Origin: an uncultured Candidatus Saccharibacteria bacterium
Lineage (GTDB): Bacteria > Patescibacteriota > WWE3 > UBA101185 > UBA10185
NCBI GenBank assembly: GCA_964490125.1
Contig: CAZBAJ010000004.1
Coordinates: forward strand, 7,662-71,661
Reading direction: 5' to 3'
DNA: 64,000 nt
The position numbers and the translations under genes were made by a program. Positions 38,458 to 47,339 of this stretch are shown here, in pieces (the stretch's first letter is position 1; the number at the start of each line of letters is the position of its first letter). The notes under the pieces are model-generated. The model was not told where the DNA came from, did not search any database, and saw nothing but the letters and a program-made list of their open reading frames with translations.

Positions 38458-39668
38458 TTTAAAATTGGACGTAAGAATTCGCGTTTACCGAATTTAATTA
38501 CCGTATCGGGATCCTTTATGACTTTCGCATTAAAGTTGGTTTCCTTCTGTCCGTCAACTTCCACCCCGCCTTGTTCTATTGTCCTTTTTATGTCGCTGGA
38601 CGAATATCTCTCTCCTACCGCAAGTTTTAGAAATTCCAGCAAGGTGACGCCCTCCGCTGTTTTTACTTCCACAATATTTTCCTGGGCAACTTCCTTTTTT
38701 TGCACCGTCGTCTCAAAGTTCTTTTCAGCTTTTTCAGCGTCGGCAAGCCCGTAAATAACTTCCACAATTCTTTTAGCCATAAGTTTTTTATAAAGCATTG
38801 GGTTTTCTCCGTTTGATAGAGCGACCTTAATTTGGGCAATTTCCTCAAGCGGTGTTTCCGTTAAAAGTTCCAAGCCGATTAAAATATGGCTATCGTCGTA
38901 CGACATGGCCTTGCCGTACATAGCTTCCGGCGGATCGGAAAGATTTATACCATTGCCTTTAGTTTTACTCATAGTACGACAGTCCGGCGCGTCCATCATA
39001 GTATTTGCCCGCACAAACATCTCTTTGCCTAAGTAAGCTTTAACAACCTGCCTTGCTGTAAGCATGTTAAAAATCTGGTCAGTTCCGCCAATTTGCAGGT
39101 CGACTTCCATAGCCACGCTGTCGTAACCTTGCATTAACGGATAAATGAACTCTTGGAGTTGAATAGGATCTTTGGAGGCTAGACGGCGCTGAAAATTGTC
39201 GCGCTCAATCATTTGTTGGACTGTGGCATGCGACATTAGCGTTATTAACTGCGCTAACTTAAGTTTGGAAAGCCATTCGTAATTTCTTTTAAACTGCACG
39301 GGATTTTCGCCCTCAAAATCAATCAGTCGGGAGGCTTGCTCCTTCCAACCCGCCATGTTTTTTTGGATTTCTTCATCGGTTAAAATTTTACGGGCGGAGT
39401 CTTTATCGGGGTCGCCTACTTTGGCTGTATAGTCGCCCACCAGAAAAATTACCTCATGTCCCATTTCCTGCAAAAGTCGTAAAGCTCTAATACCCATTGC
39501 GTGACCAACATGTAAATAAGGTCCGGTAGGGTCAAAGCCTTGGTAGACTTTTATTCTGTCGCCACTCAGCAACTTTTTTCTTAACTCGCCCACACTCGGA
39601 AAAATATTGGCTACTCCCCTAGTTAGGAACTTTTCTATCTTTTCTTGGTCGACAATAATTTTTGACAT
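38454..39668 (-). CDS. tyrS: Tyrosyl-tRNA synthetase
   Basis: GFDPTG..LHVGH, YPLMQGYD, GGTDQ, MSKT, C-terminal S4 domain; start re-set to ATG 39668. Confidence 0.95.
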   Translation of the reverse strand: MSKIIVDQEKIEKFLTRGVANIFPSVGELRKKLLSGDRIKVYQGFDPTGPYLHVGHAMGIRALRLLQEMGHEVIFLVGDYTAKVGDPDKDSARKILTDEEIQKNMAGWKEQASRLIDFEGENPVQFKRNYEWLSKLKLAQLITLMSHATVQQMIERDNFQRRLASKDPIQLQEFIYPLMQGYDSVAMEVDLQIGGTDQIFNMLTARQVVKAYLGKEMFVRANTMMDAPDCRTMSKTKGNGINLSDPPEAMYGKAMSYDDSHILIGLELLTETPLEEIAQIKVALSNGENPMLYKKLMAKRIVEVIYGLADAEKAEKNFETTVQKKEVAQENIVEVKTAEGVTLLEFLKLAVGERYSSSDIKRTIEQGGVEVDGQKETNFNAKVIKDPDTVIKFGKREFLRPILK

Positions 39669-39710
39669 GTTGGGTAGAATATACCACCGCAAAGGTGTTA
39701 AAATCAAAAG

Positions 39711-42446
39711 ATGATTAGGTCTAACCCTAGAACCAGAAGGAAAATATCCGCTTTTGTTTCTAAAGTCAGAGCAAAATTTAGTAGGACGACGGGTAGAGGG
39801 GCGACTTTGGGCGATTCTGCAGGTAGAAATGTAGTATTAGTGCGACGCAGGTACGCCAGCAAAAAATTGATGTTACTTACTTATTTTGCCACGGCGCTGT
39901 TGGTAAGTATTATAGGGTTTTTTGTTTTAACAATGGTGGTTTTTGCGGTTTACTCGTATCAACTCCCTTCGCCTGACAAACTTCTTAACCGTAGTCAGGA
40001 GCTGTCAACCAAGATTTTGGACAGAAACGGAAAGCCAATTTACGAGGTATATGGTGAAAAAAACCGCGAATTAATACAAATAAACGATATTGGCGTGAAT
40101 CTTCAGTATGCAACTTTAGCAACAGAAGACTCCGATTTTTATACCCATAGCGGATTTTCTCCCAGAGGTATGATTAGAGCTTTAAGAAACACTTTTTTTG
40201 GCGGGGATTTGCAGGGCGGTTCCACGCTTACTCAACAGGTGGTAAAAAATACGCTTTTGTCGCAGGAACGCACGGTAACAAGAAAGATTAAGGAATTTGT
40301 GTTGGCGTTGCAATTGGAAAGCAAATACTCTAAAAACGAGATTTTGCAAATGTATTTAAACGAAACACCTTACGGAGGTCAAAATTACGGAGTTTTGACA
40401 GCGTCTAAGGCATATTTTAATAAAGAGCCTAAGGATTTAACCTTGGCGGAATCGGCGTATTTGGCGGGTTTGCCTCAAAGTCCGTCCACCTACTCCTATT
40501 ATAGTAGTGACCCTGCAAAGGGCTTGGCGCGCAAAGACTATGTTTTGTACTTAATGAAGGTTCGTGGTTGGATGGGAGTTGACGGGAAAAGACATTTTAT
40601 TAGTGACGAAGATTACGAGGGCGCCAAAAAAGAGGAACTTAAATTTGAGCGCGCTCACGCCTCTTTTTTGGCGCCCCACTTCGTCTTTTATGTTAAAGAA
40701 CTTTTAGCCCAAAAATACGGCGAAGACCGTGTTGAGGGTGGCGGATTAATAGTTACAACCAGCTTGGATTTAACTGTCCAAGAAATGGCAGAAAAAATCG
40801 TTAAAGAAGAAGTCGCCAAAGCTAAAAACCTAAATGTGGGTAATGGCGCAATGGTGGTGATTGATCCTAAAACCGGTCAAATTTTGGCAATGGTAGGTTC
40901 TAAAGACTACTTTGGCGACACCGAACCTGAAAACTGCGTTTCCGGTGCCACGGGGGAAGGTTCGTGCGTGTTTGATCCCAACTTAAATGTCACACTTGCT
41001 TTGCGCCAACCCGGGTCGTCCATAAAACCTATAACTTACGCTACCATGCTTTCCCAAGGCTACACCGCATCCTTCCCGTTTATGGATGTTCCAACCACTT
41101 TTGAAAATATGGCGGGTCAAATGGTCTACAAACCGGAAAATTACGACGGCACTTTCCGCGGACCCATGTCGCTCCGCAAATCTCTGGGTAACTCTTTAAA
41201 CATTCCAGCGGTAAAAGCGCTAAAGATTGCGGGAATTTCTAACATGGTCGACCAGGCAAAAAAAATGGGCATTACTACTTTTAGTCGACCGGAAGGCTAC
41301 GGGTTGGCGCTAACCTTGGGTGGCGGTGAGACTAAACTTTTGGAAATGACCGGTGCGTTTAGCGTTTTTGCTGCCAAGGGCATGTTTAGACCACCGGAGG
41401 CTTTGTTGGAGGTTAAAGACGCTGGTGGCGCCTTGCTGTATAAGTGGGTTGACACAGGTGGGACTCGGGCGTTAAGCGAAGAAGTGGCTTTTTTAATTTC
41501 TGATATTTTGGCGGACGACGGCGCGCGAAGCGAGGCTTTTGGTTTTGGCAGTTTGTTAAATATTCCCGGACATCAGGTGGCGGTAAAAACAGGAACTACC
41601 GACGACAAGCGTGATAACTATGCCATGGGTTTTACACCCTACATTGTTATGGGTGCTTGGGTGGGCAATAATAATAACGACAAAATGAATCCGTATTTGG
41701 CGTCCGGTATAACAGGAGCCACACCAATCTACAACCGGTTTATGAAGGAATATATTAAGCTGTATTATGGCGACGACTCTAAAAAGCCCATTGAAAAGTT
41801 TGAACCGCCCAAGAACATCAAAAAAATGGAGGTGGACAAACTGACTGGTATGTTGCCCACAGGAGAATATGACCGACGGCAAGAGTGGTTTGTTACCGGT
41901 ACAGAGCCTACGGCGGTGAGCGACTGGTATCAAAAGCTGGAAGTCTGCAAGGTGGATGGAAAGATTGCTAATCAGGCTTGTAAGGATGCAGGTAAATCAA
42001 AGCAAAAAACCTATATTAAAATAAAAGCCGAGCTTCCGGAATGGCAGGACTTTGTGGACAATTGGGTGGCGGAGCGGTTTAAGGACGATGATACTTATTT
42101 CCCGCCCACTTCTACCTCCCGACTTTCCTTTGACAGCGACGGCAAATCTTCTGGCGACAAGATTTCTGCCGACATTGTAGGTTTTACGGACGGTCAAACG
42201 GTGCCACTAGAGTTTAGGTTAAAGGTTGACGCTTGGAGTGAAGACGAAATCGACCAAGTAAGTATTTATTTAGACGACGAGAAGGTTACTGACGACGGCT
42301 CCTTTCCTTACGGTTACAACTTTGTCTTTAAACCGTCCGACGCCGGGGAAAAAGAATTTAGAATAAAAGCCCGTGATAAAAACGGTCGCACCGCTGAAGA
42401 TAAAATAAAGCTTATCATCTATGGTGGTGATAATACCGCAAATTAA
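39711..42446 (+). CDS. Class A penicillin-binding protein with an Ig-like C-terminal domain
   Basis: TM helix, EDSDFY.H.G, QGGSTLTQQ, RKIKE, SxxK (SSIK), SLN, KTGT. Confidence 0.93.
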   Translation: MIRSNPRTRRKISAFVSKVRAKFSRTTGRGATLGDSAGRNVVLVRRRYASKKLMLLTYFATALLVSIIGFFVLTMVVFAVYSYQLPSPDKLLNRSQELSTKILDRNGKPIYEVYGEKNRELIQINDIGVNLQYATLATEDSDFYTHSGFSPRGMIRALRNTFFGGDLQGGSTLTQQVVKNTLLSQERTVTRKIKEFVLALQLESKYSKNEILQMYLNETPYGGQNYGVLTASKAYFNKEPKDLTLAESAYLAGLPQSPSTYSYYSSDPAKGLARKDYVLYLMKVRGWMGVDGKRHFISDEDYEGAKKEELKFERAHASFLAPHFVFYVKELLAQKYGEDRVEGGGLIVTTSLDLTVQEMAEKIVKEEVAKAKNLNVGNGAMVVIDPKTGQILAMVGSKDYFGDTEPENCVSGATGEGSCVFDPNLNVTLALRQPGSSIKPITYATMLSQGYTASFPFMDVPTTFENMAGQMVYKPENYDGTFRGPMSLRKSLGNSLNIPAVKALKIAGISNMVDQAKKMGITTFSRPEGYGLALTLGGGETKLLEMTGAFSVFAAKGMFRPPEALLEVKDAGGALLYKWVDTGGTRALSEEVAFLISDILADDGARSEAFGFGSLLNIPGHQVAVKTGTTDDKRDNYAMGFTPYIVMGAWVGNNNNDKMNPYLASGITGATPIYNRFMKEYIKLYYGDDSKKPIEKFEPPKNIKKMEVDKLTGMLPTGEYDRRQEWFVTGTEPTAVSDWYQKLEVCKVDGKIANQACKDAGKSKQKTYIKIKAELPEWQDFVDNWVAERFKDDDTYFPPTSTSRLSFDSDGKSSGDKISADIVGFTDGQTVPLEFRLKVDAWSEDEIDQVSIYLDDEKVTDDGSFPYGYNFVFKPSDAGEKEFRIKARDKNGRTAEDKIKLIIYGGDNTAN

Positions 42447-44446
42447 CTTCTTATTCGAGCATCGAGGGTAGTTTTCAGATTGGTTAAGGTACGGTTGATG
42501 GACGCATTCGCTTGTTCCTGTGTTAAGTTTGTTTGGGGAAATATTTTAATTAGGACTGATCTCAAGTTTTTATCGAGGTGATCGTCCACATACTCCTCCA
42601 AAAACTCTACTTTAGCGATCTCATTCGATTTTGCCACGAAGTCGATTACTTTACCAACCGATAGATCTTTAGGTATCAGAAGCGATACATCAACACTCCG
42701 CCGGTCTAGAATATCTGCAACAATTCTTTGTGTTTGACGGTGAGCCGTCAATAGAACTTCTGTAAAGAGTGTAAAGCCGTTATATCTTATAGTTCCCAGA
42801 ACCTTGTCGTTATGTTTTATCTGGGCTTCTTGTGGTCTAACCTTTGTAATCGATATATCTCTCATGCCGAGTATCTTAAAAAGTCCGCCAAGAATAGAAG
42901 AGGTTTGTTTATGTAATTCTTTTGGACTTTTTTCCTTGTCAAAAACCAGGCATTCCAAAACCCGGACTTCCTTATAAGTTGCGTAATCTTTCTTGTCGCC
43001 CTGTTGCGTATAAACCTTGCCGACCTCAAAAAGTACACCACTTGGGATTTGATTCTTGATGTAGTTTGGAACGATGTTTTCTAAAGTGTCCGCGATGGAA
43101 AGTCGCAACGCATTTTTTTGAGAATTTTGCGAATTCTCTAGGACAATTTGATTTCCCGCGGATTTCTTGTCACGGGAAAGTATGCTGGAAACCAGTGGAT
43201 CTGTAATATGCTCGTGCGCGCCAAGTTGAACTAGCGCGTCGCGTAATGTTTCTTCAAATTTATAAATTTCCGAAGTAATTTCTTTAGGTGGCGCGCTTTG
43301 AATTTGTGCCGTAGGAATTTTTGTGTAGCCGTTTATGCGCAAAATGTCGGAAACTATATCGTCTTCCACTTCAATGTCGGTTCTAAAATACGGGACTATG
43401 AGTTTTTGCTCCCATTCGGAAACATCTTTCTCGCTAGAAATTTTAGTTTGTCTAATACTTTGCGAATTGTGATCGTAGACTACCTCGTAACCCAACCGGG
43501 TTAGAATATCCACAGCCATATCTTTTTCGATTTCAAAACCTGCTAGTGTTCTAAGACGGCTCGACCTTAGAACCATTTCCTTAGGTTGACTTTGTTTGGG
43601 GTTCCAGTCGACATTTTGGTAGTATTCCCCTCCCGCCAGCTCTAGAATCAAGTAAGTTGCGCGTTCTATGGCGTATTGCGTTAGGTTTGGATGTAAAAAT
43701 TTATCGTATCTTAAAACCGTCTCGTTTTGGATTTTTAATTTGCGTGACACTTTTCTAATAATGTTTTGATTGTAGTTTCCTGCGTCTAAAATTATGTCCG
43801 TTGTGTTTTTATCTACACCTGTTTCCCGTCCGCCAACAATTCCCCCGAGTACAGTTGCTACTCCATATTGAGTAAGAACAAACGCTTCTGGGTACAAAGT
43901 AACCTCGTCGCCCAGAAATGTACATAACCTCTCCTCATTGCGGGCTTTGCGGATCACAACCTCTTGCTTTCTGAACTTAGCTAAATCTTGGGCGTGCATG
44001 GGCTGACCAAGTTCCACCATGACATAATTTGTAATATCTACGATGTTATTAATCGAGGGTATTCCGTATTCCTCCAAACGATTTTTTAACCACACTGGCG
44101 ATGGTTTTACCTTGATGTTTCTGAAAACTACAGTATTAAATCGATTGACGACATCGGAACATTCTACTTTAATGTCAACAAGTTGATTGGATGTAGGTTT
44201 TTTTCCTTCCTTTGTGTATGTCTGTGGTAGTTTTAAATCCCTGCCAAGATAGGCCGATAGATCTCGAGCGCAACCAAGTATCGAGAGCCAATCGGAGCGG
44301 TCAAAGCGGTGTTCCAAATCAAACACCCTTCCGTCAAAAGGTTTGTCTAACATTAAACCAATTTGCGTAAAAGCATCGCTGATCTCTGTTGGCGACAAGC
44401 CCTCCAAGTCGACATATTCTTTTAGCCAGTCCAAAGGTATTCTCAC
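42443..44446 (-). CDS. pheT: Phenylalanyl-tRNA synthetase beta subunit (lacks the B2 OB domain)
   Basis: MRIPLDWLKEY, NNIVDITNYVMVELGQPMHA.D, PYFRTDI..EDD, FEVGKVY. Confidence 0.92.
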   Translation of the reverse strand: MRIPLDWLKEYVDLEGLSPTEISDAFTQIGLMLDKPFDGRVFDLEHRFDRSDWLSILGCARDLSAYLGRDLKLPQTYTKEGKKPTSNQLVDIKVECSDVVNRFNTVVFRNIKVKPSPVWLKNRLEEYGIPSINNIVDITNYVMVELGQPMHAQDLAKFRKQEVVIRKARNEERLCTFLGDEVTLYPEAFVLTQYGVATVLGGIVGGRETGVDKNTTDIILDAGNYNQNIIRKVSRKLKIQNETVLRYDKFLHPNLTQYAIERATYLILELAGGEYYQNVDWNPKQSQPKEMVLRSSRLRTLAGFEIEKDMAVDILTRLGYEVVYDHNSQSIRQTKISSEKDVSEWEQKLIVPYFRTDIEVEDDIVSDILRINGYTKIPTAQIQSAPPKEITSEIYKFEETLRDALVQLGAHEHITDPLVSSILSRDKKSAGNQIVLENSQNSQKNALRLSIADTLENIVPNYIKNQIPSGVLFEVGKVYTQQGDKKDYATYKEVRVLECLVFDKEKSPKELHKQTSSILGGLFKILGMRDISITKVRPQEAQIKHNDKVLGTIRYNGFTLFTEVLLTAHRQTQRIVADILDRRSVDVSLLIPKDLSVGKVIDFVAKSNEIAKVEFLEEYVDDHLDKNLRSVLIKIFPQTNLTQEQANASINRTLTNLKTTLDARIRS

Positions 44447-44458
44447 AGTTTTTTGACT

Positions 44459-45508
44459 TTAAATATACGCAAGTCCTCCATATAATTTTCTAATGTCGCT
44501 GATGCCAAATTTTGCCATAACTAGGCGGTCTAACCCCATACCCCAAGCAAAACCAGTATAAACTTCCGGATCAATTCCGCTCATTTTTAAGGTGTTGTAG
44601 TGAATCATGCCACAGCCCAAAACTTCCATCCAGCCCCGTTGCTTGCAAACCGTACAACCTGCGCCATTACAAAAGCGACATTTAACATCTACCCCCATGC
44701 CGGGCGACACTTCCGGATAATATTTATATCTAAATCGTAGCTCAATGTTGTCGTCCTCAAATAAGTATTGGTGAAACCTCTCCATTAACCACTTAAGATT
44801 CTGAATAGTAATTCCTTTGTCGACCACAAAACCCTGGTATTGATGAAAAAAAGAAGAATTTGTTGGATTGGCAGTCTCGTTTCTATAGCACTTCCCCGGT
44901 ACTACAACCCTTATTGGCGGTTTGTACGACTCTAAAATTCGTGCCTCTATAGACGAAGTATGCGTTCGTAGCAGAATATCTGGCTCACTAACAAACAATG
45001 TGTCCTGCAAATCTGTGGCGGGGTGACCCTCCGGCAAGTTAAGTCGCCTAAAATTGTACTCCGCAGTTTCAATTTCCGTTCCCTCGCCTATGGAAAAGCC
45101 GTAATATCTAAAAAACTCATTCATTTGGCGGATGACTTGAGTTGTGGGGTGCAAGTAGCCTGTTTTGACTGGTGGATACGGGATGGTTAAGTCGATGTCA
45201 GCGTCGGTAATTTGGGCTTGGTGGTAATCTTGTCGACCTTTTTCTATGCTTTCTTCAATATATTTTTTAAGCTCGTTTAATTTGGGACCCAGCTCCCTTT
45301 TTTCCTCCAGAGACAATTTTCCTAAGGATTTTATCTCCTGTGTCAGTAGTCCGTGGGTTTTGGAAAGATACTTTAAGTACAAGTCGTCAAAACAGCCCGA
45401 ACAAACCGCGACTTCTAAATCTTTATCAAAACGGCTTTTTAGTTCAAGGTCAGTAAGGTTGAGACTAGCCGATGTTTTAATCTCTTCTAAACTCTTTCTA
45501 CTTGACAT
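44459..45508 (-). CDS. pheS: Phenylalanyl-tRNA synthetase alpha subunit
   Basis: GYLHP, HPA..QDT, LRTHTS, PGKCYR, GFAWGMGLDR. Confidence 0.95.
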   Translation of the reverse strand: MSSRKSLEEIKTSASLNLTDLELKSRFDKDLEVAVCSGCFDDLYLKYLSKTHGLLTQEIKSLGKLSLEEKRELGPKLNELKKYIEESIEKGRQDYHQAQITDADIDLTIPYPPVKTGYLHPTTQVIRQMNEFFRYYGFSIGEGTEIETAEYNFRRLNLPEGHPATDLQDTLFVSEPDILLRTHTSSIEARILESYKPPIRVVVPGKCYRNETANPTNSSFFHQYQGFVVDKGITIQNLKWLMERFHQYLFEDDNIELRFRYKYYPEVSPGMGVDVKCRFCNGAGCTVCKQRGWMEVLGCGMIHYNTLKMSGIDPEVYTGFAWGMGLDRLVMAKFGISDIRKLYGGLAYI

Positions 45509-45544
45509 ATACTTTTGATTATACTACAATAGCAACATCACCAT

Positions 45545-45592
45545 GGAAGGAATACCAAAGGGTTTTGTCCCCAGGGAATACCTTCCTTTTTT
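45545..45592. ncRNA. Structured element immediately 3' of the NYN gene (putative RNA motif)
   Basis: Long imperfect hairpin GGAAGG...CCTTCC with an inner GGG/CCC stem; its T-tract lies on the strand opposite the flanking genes. Confidence 0.4.
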
Positions 45593-45596
45593 GTGC

Positions 45597-46097
45597 CTAT
45601 TTCTCGACTTTATTTCTGAACATTGTTACGACTGTTATGTAATTACCGAATTCCCTCAGTAGTGAAGAGTATTTATGATTTGGAACTACAATTTTTACTA
45701 GTTTGTTGTTTTGTTCTAAATACTTCGCGAGGCAGTAAAAATCGCCATCGCCGGAAACAATTACAGCGCCGCCATAATTAGGAAATTCTGCCATAGTATG
45801 TAAAACCAGTTCCGAATCTACATTGCCTTTTATTACAATCTGTCCGCTTTGAGTTTTCTCTATGACAGGTTTAAAGATAAGTTCGTATCCGTTTTTCTCT
45901 AATTCATCGTAAAGTTTCTGACGACTTGGTATGTAGCCTATAAATAGAAAAGCTTTTGATACGCTGTAAGAGTCCTTTAGATAAATTCTAAACTTCTTAA
46001 AATCCAGTTTCCAGCCTTGCGACCGAACACCTAGATTAAGGTTTTGACTGTCGATAAAAGCGTAGATAGGTTTTTGGTTTTGTAATAATTCGGACAT
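45597..46097 (-). CDS. NYN/LabA-domain (PIN-fold) RNase
   Basis: FIDSQNL, KGNVDSELV, VSGDGDF, SSLL. Confidence 0.9.
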   Translation of the reverse strand: MSELLQNQKPIYAFIDSQNLNLGVRSQGWKLDFKKFRIYLKDSYSVSKAFLFIGYIPSRQKLYDELEKNGYELIFKPVIEKTQSGQIVIKGNVDSELVLHTMAEFPNYGGAVIVSGDGDFYCLAKYLEQNNKLVKIVVPNHKYSSLLREFGNYITVVTMFRNKVEK

Positions 46098-46159
46098 ACT
46101 AAATAAGTCGTACCGCTAACTAATCATCTTGCTGGGCGGGAATAGTTTTAAACCAATCT

Positions 46160-46516
46160 TTAACTCGTTAGGTGGGGCTTTACAACTTCCAAAACCGCTT
46201 TGAACCCGTCCATGTCAGAGTAAGCAAGTTCCGACAAAGATTTTCGGTCCAGTTCTATTTTTGCCTTCTTAAGTCCGGCTATAAACCGGCTGTACATTCT
46301 ATTCTCACCAGCAAGCGCTCCGCTTAGCCTGGCAATCCAAAGTCGTCTCATATCCCGTCGCCTAATTTTTCTACCTGCAAAAGCATGCTCCCCTGCCCTA
46401 ACAACTGCCTCATTAGCTTTTCTAAACTGCTTGCTTCTGGCACCTCTAAAACCCCGCGCTCCCGCCAAAACTTTAACTTTTTTTTGATGACCTCTTGGTC
46501 CGCCTTTAATTCTCAT
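46160..46516 (-). CDS. rplT: 50S ribosomal protein L20
   Basis: ARGFRG.RS, RRDMRRLWIAR, LDRKSLSELA. Confidence 0.95.
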   Translation of the reverse strand: MRIKGGPRGHQKKVKVLAGARGFRGARSKQFRKANEAVVRAGEHAFAGRKIRRRDMRRLWIARLSGALAGENRMYSRFIAGLKKAKIELDRKSLSELAYSDMDGFKAVLEVVKPHLTS

Positions 46517-46522
46517 AATTTA

Positions 46523-46735
46523 TTATAGGTTTTTCCCATACTTTCCGAGCATTTTCTTAAATCTGCCCTTAATTTTTTTGTTTTTAAATACGCCTACTAC
46601 CCTTGCCCTCTGCTTGTGTCCAGTTTTTTTATTGACCTTTAGGTGTTTTAGCCCCACCTTACTTTTGCGCACCACACCGTTTTTACTAATCTTTATTCTT
46701 CTTATTAAGGTTTTTCTAGTTTTTAACTTTGGCAT
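46523..46735 (-). CDS. rpmI: 50S ribosomal protein L35
   Basis: MPKLKTRK..RRIKISKNG, HL; lies between infC and rplT. Confidence 0.9.
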   Translation of the reverse strand: MPKLKTRKTLIRRIKISKNGVVRKSKVGLKHLKVNKKTGHKQRARVVGVFKNKKIKGRFKKMLGKYGKNL

Positions 46736-46799
46736 TATAATCCTTTTGGTCAACACTACTCGCTACAAATTTATCAACTTTTCAGTTTCTCTAGTCAAG

Positions 46800-47306
46800 C
46801 TACTTCTTAACAAAAGTCACCGAAATTGTATTTCCCATCCGCTTTGGTTCCGATTCCACCTTGGCAAACGGCTCCATTAACTTAATAAACTTACCTATCT
46901 TTTCTTGCGCGACTTGGGGAAACATCGCTTGGCGGCCCTTCATCATCAAACTTACCTTAACCACATTCCCCTCTTCCAAAAACTCCACCGCCCGATTCAC
47001 GCGTTGTTGCGTGTCGCCCTCACTAATTGTTGTACTTAGTCGCAATTCCTTAAGCTCGGTTTGCTTGCTTTTACCCTTAGCGTCGCTCGACTTTTTGCGT
47101 TCAGCATACAAAAACTTGTTAAAGTCCACAATCTTTGCAACCGGAGGACTCGCATTTTCCGTTACCACTACAACATCCAGATCCTTTTCCTCGGCAATTT
47201 GCAAGGCTTTATGCGTTTCCATTACCCCAAGATTCTCACCCGTCGCCAACAGCACCCGTAACTGCGGGTACTTTATTCTATGATTTATTTGGTAATTTCG
47301 CTCTAT
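46800..47306 (-). CDS. infC: Translation initiation factor IF-3 (ATA start)
   Basis: INHRI..PQLRV, PPVAKIVDF.KF.Y, KELRL; SD GGAGG 6 nt before an in-frame ATA. Confidence 0.93.
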   Translation of the reverse strand: MERNYQINHRIKYPQLRVLLATGENLGVMETHKALQIAEEKDLDVVVVTENASPPVAKIVDFNKFLYAERKKSSDAKGKSKQTELKELRLSTTISEGDTQQRVNRAVEFLEEGNVVKVSLMMKGRQAMFPQVAQEKIGKFIKLMEPFAKVESEPKRMGNTISVTFVKK

Positions 47307-47339
47307 AGCTTTCCTCCGTGCAAAAATGCAAGCCTAAAG

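Noticed and set aside
45545-45592. Hammerhead ribozyme
   Set aside because: The CUGAnGA core is absent; only a GACAAAAC look-alike is present.
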